From Octopus sinensis (taxonomy: Eukaryota), in assembly GCF_006345805.1 (NCBI RefSeq), contig NC_042998.1, positions 145,762,001 through 145,826,000 of the forward strand: a DNA stretch of 64,000 bases, written 5' to 3'. A program made the position numbers and the translations under genes. Positions 54,150 through 64,000 of this stretch are shown here, piece after piece. The first letter of the stretch is position 1. Each line of letters starts with the position of its first letter. Under the pieces are notes generated by a model. It worked only from the letters and a program-made list of their open reading frames with translations. It ran no database searches and was not told the DNA's origin.

Positions 54150-54790
54150 CGATCGATCTTGTTTAGGTTGGAGGAAGAGACATTCTCGATTACTTTTGCA
54201 AACCCTCTGAGACTGGTGAGTTTGAAGATGTTAAAGTTCCATTTGAACCGTTGAAGTTCTGGAAAGACATAAGCAGGCATAAGAGAGATGATATTCTATG
54301 GAGAAACGACTCAGAATAATAGCTAGTGAGAGACAGAATGGTGGAATAGGAAACCAGTCAGCTCCAAAGAACAGAGGCTTTTATAGTAACGATAGAAAAA
54401 GCAGACAGTGGCAGTACGCCTGTGGGCCAGAGGCTAGAGTGTATCCGATCATGGTTTGATGCGATTAAGTCAAGTGGCCCTCGGGCAAAACGACGTCCGT
54501 ATGTATAATGACAGCATCATCCCAGTTGTAGAAGCATTACTCTATTGTGAGGCTCCCTTTATGTTTTTTAAGGTGTTAGCAATTGTTAGGGTCAAAAATA
54601 TTTTCTGTCCTTGAAGACGTGGTCTTAGATATATCAAGGATATGCTCCCACCAGGAGAGTTCCTTGATGATAATAGCGTTCAAAATTTGGAGTGATTTTC
54701 AAGGCTCTCCCTCAATGTTGTTCATTTTTAGTGGTGGTATGACGATGTTTTCTTGTAGTGATTCCATTAATCCTTGGATAACATATGCAT
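54150..54790 (-). mobile_element. Decayed CR1-like LINE 3' coding fragment
   Basis: ELSWWEHILDISK.. and HRRTATVCFFYRYYKSLCSLEL resemble the CR1 RT C-terminus (LSWxxHI; HRRxV..FYRYY..CS.EL). Flanked by GATA tracts. Confidence 0.65.
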
Positions 54791-54793
54791 ATC

Positions 54794-54875
<82 letters not shown>

Positions 54876-54924
54876 ACAGATAGACAGACAGACAACAGAC
54901 AGATAGATAGATAGATAGATAGAT

Positions 54925-54962
<38 letters not shown>

Positions 54963-55066
54963 GATAGAGTAGATAACAGATAGACAGACGACAGGCAGAC
55001 AGACTGACAGGCAGGCAGACACACAGATAGGCAGGCAGACTCACAGACACACCGATACACAGATAC

Positions 55067-55173
<107 letters not shown>

Positions 55174-57148
55174 TGTTTGTTTATGTCAAATTATAATAAA
55201 ACTTTTACATTAAACTGAAGAATTACTCGATACATTTCGTAGAGTATATATCATATTCTAACAAGAAGAGGGTTAGCAATGACTTCGAAGTTTCAGCCTG
55301 CAAGCCTTCTAAAAGACCACAATCTCGAAATCGCTGTTACTCCTCTTCTTGTAAAAGTATAATAGACAAACAGAAATACCAATGAATAGAGAGGGAGTGA
55401 GAGTAGTTATGTAGGTAGGTAGGTAGGTAGGTAGGTAGGTAGGTAGGTAGGTAGGTAGGTAGGTAGGTAGGTAGGTAGGTAAAAATATAATTGTAGACGT
55501 AGATGATATTGTAAAATACATTCGCACACGCACACACGAACATATATCAAGGAATATATTTATAATGATGTCGTTTTCGAATTTCAAATAATGTAGCAAA
55601 TCAACGACTAATATCACATAACATGCAATGAAATATTTCAACTCAGTGAAAGAGCAGGTTTATGAAATTAAAACTGGAGACACTAACCAACCATTTCTTA
55701 GACTTGTTATAGAACAGCTGCTGTTATTGGCAGACATAATAGCAATATATAAACGAAGAGAATGGCTTGTATTTCAGTTATATTTTGTTTTTGTTTACAA
55801 AGCCCTTTTCCACGCACTCACACACGATCACACACGCCTGTTCGTCAAAAATTTATGACATTAAATATAATGATCATAACAGAGATTACATAGGACTAAC
55901 GTAACTTACCTTGAGAAACAGACTCAATATTTATCGGAAACAAATACATGATCTTTACACCAGACAGATTCCACTAAGTGAACATTTTGACTTAGGTGCA
56001 AGCCAACAATACTCATAGTCTTCCCACTTTATATTTGTTCTGCCAGAACCAAGGATCAAATACAAAATACAAGCCGCGACTGAATAAGCTATAACAACAT
56101 ATCGAACAGAGGCGTAAAACCATTGCAGTCCACACTATCGTATATAAACATGTAGACAACCATATACACACACCTTACTCTCACTCGCATACAAACAAGT
56201 AAGCTATTTCTCTATATTTAGCTGTTTTGACAACTTGTTACTCCTACAATCACATGATTGTTGATATAGTTATCACCCATATTATCAATTTAATCTGCGG
56301 GCATAACACTCTTTTGTTACCTCTGTTGTAATGTAACATGTTCAGTAGCCTTACTTTTTGGGGCATTTATACCTCTCACTTCAGGAACAGTTTCATCCAG
56401 TCAAATTATATCTTAACTGATGGTATTTGAGTCATAATCTCTTTGTGAAAAGGAGCAAATGTTCAACCTCCAGTCAGGGATGAGGCAAATATAGCATGGC
56501 TCTGGGTCCCTCTATCTCATACTACTATTCAAAATCAAAAAGCTAGTTAAATAAAAGTAAATAATTGCTTTATAAACAATTGCACAACCCTTATTTTCCT
56601 CTGTGTGTGTGGTGTGTGTGTGTGTGTGTGTATGTATATGTGTGTGCGTGTGTATACATATATATATATATATACATACATATATATTCTTTTACTTGTT
56701 TCAGTCATTTAACAGCTGTCCATTTATGATACTTGTAAATAAACGGCAATAAAACAACAGCAGAATTTAAAGAATTTTTTATATAAAGTAAAAGGAATGT
56801 CAAGATCATTTCTAATAAAAAATATTACTATAATCGTCTTCTGAATCACTTTCACTCGCAGTATACTCGCACACGCCATCACTTGTAAATGCGATCACTG
56901 ATTCACAAGAACTCATAGACGGACTTGTAGATTTCTTTTTTTAAAAACAAGTCTAGAGCTGTGTGCCTAGAAGAAGCTCTTTTTCACTCTCTATAAAGTT
57001 CTCAGTTACACGCAAAAGCATTTGTTACGGTAGTAGAAACTTTTGCACTTCGTTCAAAATTTGCAAATTGTGCTTGAAAAATAAAATTCGTAAAGCGGGC
57101 CCTCGTAAAATGAGATATTGCTCTGTATGTATATATATATATATATAT

Positions 57149-57199
<51 letters not shown>

Positions 57200-57352
57200 T
57201 GTGTATGTATACGACAGATTTCGGTTTCCATCTACCAAATCCTCTCCCGAGGTGCCACGTAGTGGGACTACGCCCAGAATCATCTGATTGGGAAGCAAGC
57301 TTCTTACCACACAGCCACACCTATGCCTGTATCATAGAGATATGCCTGCGCC

Positions 57353-57396
<44 letters not shown>

Positions 57397-57869
57397 TATA
57401 TATGCATATATATATTCATATATACATATCATATTGAGAGACACATAAACATACAAAAATATACATGCTTATAAACAAATCCGACGTGTTTGTCGGAATA
57501 CGCTCTGAAAGACTTTGAACACTTCGCCCATTGGCTCATCAAAGCTTTAGTTGTTATGTTCTGAGTACAATATTTAAACAGTGATGGTAACTTATAACAC
57601 AGGATTAAATTTAAACATTGATGATACATTATAGTTCAGGATGAAAGGCTTTCGTTTTATATTCGGCTTATGAGACAATTCCAAATTTATGATAATTCTT
57701 TGGAAAAAGCCATAAAATATTCCGATTATACGTAATATTTACCATAGAGTATCTTGCCAAATACAATACTTCGGTTTGTGTCTCTGTTCTGTTGCTGGAT
57801 ATCGCATAATTCATAACAACAGCAACAGCAACAACAACAACAACAACAACAATAATAATAACAATATTA

Positions 57870-57922
<53 letters not shown>

Positions 57923-58397
57923 AGTAATGAACTCAAATTTTGGTACCAGGCCAGCAATTTTAGGTGAGAGTTAAGATTTTATCTTACATTTTTCATATTT
58001 TCATCTTAGTGTCAAACAGTTAGTTTCAAACAATAGAGTTCTTACATCGACGATAAAAACGCACAGAAAAGGCATGTATATACATATATGTGTGGGTGGG
58101 TGTGTGGGTGTGTTTGTCTGTGTGTATGTGTGTGTGCGTCTGCGCGCGCGTGTGTGTTTGTTTGCATACACATATATATATGTATATGTTTGTATAATAC
58201 ATGTATTTATATATATTCAATATGCGTGTGTGTGTTTGCGTCTATATATTGTATGTATGTGTATATATGTGTGTATATATATATATGAATATGATATGTA
58301 CAATATATATAATATAAATATATATATTATATATATATACTATATATATATATATATATATTATAATATATATATATATATATATAATATAAGTATA

Positions 58398-58449
<52 letters not shown>

Positions 58450-59614
58450 GTGTGCGTATATACATACATTATTAAGAATGTATAGTAAGTGTAGGTTACC
58501 ATATTTAATGTGGTGAACCGAAAATAATCGTTAATTTATTGAAGTATTACCGTACAGAAAAGAAGACTCTTTGATATAAACGAAAATTCATTTCATAATG
58601 GTCAAGGGTGATTACTCCTAATATTTCTATAAACGAAAATGGAAATGTTGATGTACAACAGAGAGTGAATTTGTTTTTTTTATAGCTATAGTGACACCCA
58701 CCTACTGGATGATATGTTTCAGTCAAACTACACTTCTTCAATAAAGCATTTTGAACGCATAGATACCTTATCAAGAAGAACTTGAATGTTGTTCTTTTCG
58801 CGTGTAGTTAACAATTTGCGTATTCAGTTATTTATAATGCAGAAAACATCCTTGGAAAATCTTCCATTGTTATTTTTAATTTCGTAATGAGTGAACTATT
58901 TACAAACTAAACTGATCTAAATTCAAGTCCTTCTATAAATAGATAACTTTTTCTTTCATCTTTAATTGTGTAAATCATGTGTATATTAAATTAATGCAAT
59001 CTTCAACATCCAAATGGTTATACAAACACCAGAAGTTTGTAACCTTATTTTATTTTTCAAGAAAATTCTCTATGTTTGATTTCACAGTGACTGCTGTTGC
59101 AAATATGAAAACCTACTGTCTGGTTTAGGATTAAATTTTGCTCGAAAAGGTCGGTAGGAATTAATAGCAGCCTGATGATGCAGCTACGACTCTGTAATGA
59201 ATTAGAAAAGGTCACTATTAATTTATTTAGTCATACTGACATAGTCGAATATTCAGAATGAAATATGTGTTTGGTGAATACGAGTCATTGCATCTATATT
59301 TGACTGGAACTTAGTGAGCTTTTCCCTTAAATTACGCTTTTCCAGATTCAGTTCGCTAAATAATTCGGTCTTTTAATGCTCAAAATTGTCTCAGGAGTTT
59401 TTCGACCCCTTCAATAGATACATAGACTCTTGGGGATCAATACTGACCACTTTGCAGACCCCAAATCTCAAAACTCATAGCAAAATGATATCTTGTAAAG
59501 TGAATCTGTTTTTGGTGGAATCAAACGATCAAGGTTTCAGAGTAATAAAAAAGACAAAGAAAACGGGTTTAGCAGAACGATACCATGGTAGGAATGGTAT
59601 TTTAAGGTGATCAT

Positions 59615-59714
59615 NNNNNNNNNNNNNNNNNNNNNNNNNNNNNNNNNNNNNNNNNNNNNNNNNNNNNNNNNNNNNNNNNNNNNNNNNNNNNNNNNNNNNN
59701 NNNNNNNNNNNNNN
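59615..59714. other. Assembly gap (100 N)
   Basis: Run of 100 N; a round length suggests unknown true size. Confidence 0.99.
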
Positions 59715-60093
59715 TGAAGATGAGGAGGAGGAACAGGAACAGGAAGATGAGGAGAAGAGGGGGAAGAGCAGGGGAGGAGGGGAGGAGGAAGAGGAAGATT
59801 GTGGCCAGAGATTGTGGCCATGATGGAGCACTAACATTAACACCAGTGATTGTTTATTTTAGACACACTTCCCGGTCCTCTCTCCAGAATTGTACTGGTG
59901 TAATAGTCACCGATTCCAAAGACAGAATCGGGAAGCGAGTCTAGAGTAAAAAAAAGTATTATTCCTAACAGCGGTGCCCCCAGCATAGCCACAGTCTCTG
60001 ACTTAAACTGATAGTATTCTTAAAATAAAACCAAAATATATATCTAATCACATTTAAGAATTTTGTTGTGTGTAGAAATAATCAATCACAAAC

Positions 60094-62109
60094 CTTATCA
60101 CAAATGGATTCTCCGTCTGAAAAGTTGGCAAAGTTCACCACTTGGTCACCATTATCCCACAGGCCATATATTGAAGAACTTCTCTCTTCAGTTTCCTTCC
60201 TTGATGTTACACTCATGTGGTGGTAGGCCCAACTGACGGTCCTTGCAAATCCGTAATCACGTGGCAATAATAGATTCGATACGTCGTTAATTATAACTCG
60301 ATAACTACGTGGATTTCCAAATTCGTTGTTAGACAGTTTGTTATAAAACAACAGATATTTCGGACTCGATGATTCATAATCAAACGTTGCATTAGTCTCT
60401 GTTTCAATTAAAACACGAGTTAAACGTGTCTGAATGTGATTATTATTTTTGATCAATCTGTCCCAAGGAACATGCGTTGGATACTGTTGTAAATTCCAAG
60501 TTTCAAATCGATTTTCTGTTCCTTTCACGTCTAAGTCAACTTTGTAGTGAAACAAATGATTATGTATATTAGCAATGGTGGTTTTACTTATTTGTACCCC
60601 ATATGCACCTTTATTGGGGCTGTAGGAAGTTACTAAAAGCTTACCTGTAGAATGTATCTGGACTTCAATGGCACCATTTTTATGGAATAAATAATCTATT
60701 ATGTAGTCGTACGAAAGGAATGTCACAACAGTTCTTAGAACAAGAATTTTGTCAAGCAAAGCGTCAAAAAAAGTTCCATGCATTGTGGTAAATTTATGCC
60801 GACTAAGAGGGACCATTGTGGACTGGTCAAAAACACACAATGCGTTTTCCATTTTCTTCATCCCACCATCATTGGAGGAATAGATGTAAGGAGACAAAAA
60901 GGTTGCGTGATTTGGACAATCAACACCAGCGATAAGACCTTTGCTTCTTGTACCAAATAAGGCTGTACCATCAATAAAATTTAGCAGTATTCCTGCTGGA
61001 CTAAATCCTGAATATAAAACAGCAATTTCTTGGAGACTCATCTCATAAACAATTTGTTCGTTCCAATAACGAATGTTAAGAATACGTAAGCCAACCGACG
61101 GAGTTATATGAAAATGAAATTTCCAATTAAAATAATGAATAGTTGACTGTTTTAATATTGTGTATGACTTCTTTGAATCGCTTCCACCCGATGATTCTTC
61201 CTTTTGCTCATATTTGTGGAAATTACTGAAACGTTTTTCTTGGAAGACAGTTCTTTGGTAAAATCTAGTCGTGTTTTCGTTGTAAGTTTTATTATAATCC
61301 TGTATGAGATGCGTAAGATTATCATACATTTTATTGTCAAACCAAGCTTTACCGACAGTCCAGTCAGACGGAGTTGGACTAGTTATGTCAGCCTCAAACT
61401 GAAAGTTTACAGGTGAAATATCGTAGATAGTTTTATAAGAAAACCCTAACCAGAGTAAACGACGTTTAAATTTACCGAGAACTTCGGGCACAGGGGACAT
61501 GTAAAATTCCAAACAATGTGCTATGCAACTTATTGGAAGGGCGTCATACTCTTTCAATAAGAAATCCCTGGTTTTATCTTCAACTTTTTTTATAATATAA
61601 AGCTTCAGGTTCTTCATCTCCATGACAGTTATTGGCCGTTGATAAAATGGGATGGTCCGAATTTTATGCATGTAAGTAATATTCGAAAGAGGTCCTATAA
61701 CATATTCCTCAACACAAGGAATAGGTTCATTTCCTCGAAATATTACGGCCTTAGCTTCACGGTTTGGTAAATATGTCTCTTCATTAAGATAGCGTAAAAT
61801 ATTTTTTTTATCTGGCATTTTCAACTCGATAAAATGAATAAATGAATCACTGAGAAGAGCTTTCTTTGCAGTGACAATCGAGAGATTACTTCTCTCCTCC
61901 AAGAACTTCACGACCAATTCTATTTCATTTGGCAGCAGTTCATTGTACCACTCAGCTTTCTCTATCATGGACTCAGTTGGCTTCTTTTCACTCGGGTAAC
62001 AGTTTCTTTCACTGCTGATTACAATCACCGCAATTAATAACGACAAGCTAACTGCGATCAGAACATAAGATATCGTTCTCCAAAATTTAAGCGTGTGAGA
62101 CAGGGCCAT
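60094..62109 (-). CDS. Copper-containing amine oxidase (AOC1/AOC3 family), large coding exon, type II membrane anchor; last exon not located
   Basis: 675-aa ORF. N-terminal TM segment ISYVLIAVSLSLLIAVIVI, then LQEIAVLYSG, catalytic-base motif FIDG (D380), TPQ motif TFLSYDY (Y467) and Cu-ligand HNH in HNHLFHYKVDLDVKGTENRF (H516/H518). Acceptor tttcag at 62133-62135 lies 23 nt before the ATG. Likely donor AAG|GTTTGT after 60094, where homologues continue DLVAW..HIPH. Confidence 0.93.
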
Positions 62110-64000
62110 ATCTTCTGTTCTCCAATTAAAGTCTGAAATTATAAATCAAGCACAGAACATGATTTCAATATTTTGTTACTGAATAAATTAAATCATTTTA
62201 AATTTAGAACTGGAAGTTGGAAATTTCACTGATCTTTTAAATTATTTTTCTGCGGGCCTAGGACTCATGTGGCCGATTACTCGGTTTCTATGGCATATAA
62301 GTGACTGAAATCACAATATTCACCCATATTCTCCGTTGCAACATATTCACCGTTGCAGAGTTCAATGTCAGCAATTTTGAAAGGAAGGACAAATCGATTT
62401 CGTCGACCCCAGTATTTAACTGGTACTTTATTTTATACTTTATTTTAACGGGTACTTTGTTTTATCATTCCCTAAGACAAAGAGAAGCTCAGCAGATTTT
62501 GAACTCAGAATGTAAAGAGCCGGAAGAAATACCGCTTAGTATTTTGTTCAACGTTCCAATGATTCTGCCAGCTCACGGCTTTGATCTTTTACATATCATA
62601 TATCTAATAGCACATTTAGTTATTAATTCAGAAAGTATACACTTCCTATGGTAAACATATAACAATGAATAACTGACAATGATGAACTTTTGAATTGTCT
62701 GTAGAGCTTTTCATATGGTGAAACCAAATTCCTTTTACTTACGTAGTTAAAGCCCTTTAAAATATGTATGACTATCACAGCTTTATACTTCATCGCTTAA
62801 CAAATATATGATTGTACGTCATTAAAAGAAGTTAACATTTCGTTAATTTGTGTGAAGAACACCATACACGAGTTATAAAGATTCCAGCAGCCGTATCTAC
62901 AAGGTCTCCAGTTTCGATTGAAATCATCCCATTAACGTCGCTAAGCCTTTTAAAAGGCTCGCAACCGAACCAACTAGCAAGATACCTAAGAGTAGACCAA
63001 GAACGAGGTGGTTGGATAATATCCATAGTCTCAGTTGGTTACTCTTGGGAATCCAACAAGAAAGTGTAATGACGGCTGCTTTTGATAGGACCCTATGGAA
63101 GAGATGACTGAGGACTTTACCCTCAAGACAGTCTCAGAAAGATTAGAAGATGAATGGAGAGGCAATATTGTTTATTGATATATGGTGAATAATTAAAATA
63201 TAGTGTTGAGTGTTATTTTCTTGGGATATGTAAAGTATGTGTGTGTTTACGGTGTTGTTTTGTGAAACCAGATTCGCAGTTAACCATTGACCATTGTATA
63301 GTGTTTGAAAGACCTCTGTATATTGAGGATTTGTTGATGTCAAGTTGAACTGCTCTGATTTCTCCGTTGCTTTTAGGAAAGCGTAAAAGATAAGATCTTT
63401 AAAGTCATATTGGAAGGCATTGAGGTGAAAAGATAAAAGAGATTCAGGATGATAAAAGGCATCATCATTTATCATCATTTTACATTGCCTTTGATTAGAT
63501 GATGCACTCGGCCCAAAATATCAAATGTCTCAGGTTTTTTATGCCAAAAGATAGCTTGGAGGAATTTTAAAATGTTAGAGGAAACGGATGCTTTCAGGAA
63601 GGAAACAGGTTGATGTGGATATCTTCATTGCAGCATCAGAAATATCAAAACAGCTAATTAATAGGAACTGGATGAGATATAAAATGAAAACACCCATCAA
63701 GAATATTTGGAAGGTTTTACTGATATCCTAATGATAGCTATGGGAATCGCTTCACAGAATCTAGAGTTTTATAACTAAGTGGCAGTAGAGGGTGTATATA
63801 CCATGCAATTTTGAAGGATGAGAGATTTATATCGTTAAAAAACCGTGCGTCTTAATAAAGGATAGTAAAGAGGATTGCAGTTTAGAGCGGAAGTAGAATA
63901 AATCGGGCAGTAGGTTGGTCTGTTTTAACGTATTATATCCATGTGATACAACATTGTACATGCATGTGTGTGTGTGATGCAAGTGCATTGTATGTACGTA

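Noticed and set aside
59529-59944. ORFs spanning or adjoining the N run
   Set aside because: Artefacts of the gap and a purine-rich low-complexity tract.

Overview
AT-rich, microsatellite-saturated eukaryotic DNA. The SINE families and simple-repeat load point to an octopus/coleoid cephalopod genome (inference, not searched). There is one clear host gene: a 2.0-kb minus-strand coding exon of a membrane-anchored copper amine oxidase (60094-62109). It has an unusual S-Y-D-Y instead of N-Y-D-Y at the TPQ site, and its terminal exon was not found in the window. The rest is mobile-element debris: at least six Penelope-like element (PLE) fragments from several clades (including a Naiad-type RT), an R4/Dong LINE fragment, CR1-like 3' ends, a full-length decayed DD36E Tc1 transposon, a Tc1 deletion derivative and many tRNA-derived SINEs. 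The most striking unexplained layer is about 15 minimal type-I hammerhead ribozyme (HHR) motifs from at least six sequence families, several with non-canonical cores (U4C, A6U). One family sits in a composite element made of a tRNA-Arg-like Pol III head, an (AAT)n linker and an HHR body, with a PLE-style inverted 5' partial copy. This is a candidate ribozyme-bearing SINE mobilised by Penelope-like elements. All assignments are by eye; no searches or folding programs were run.
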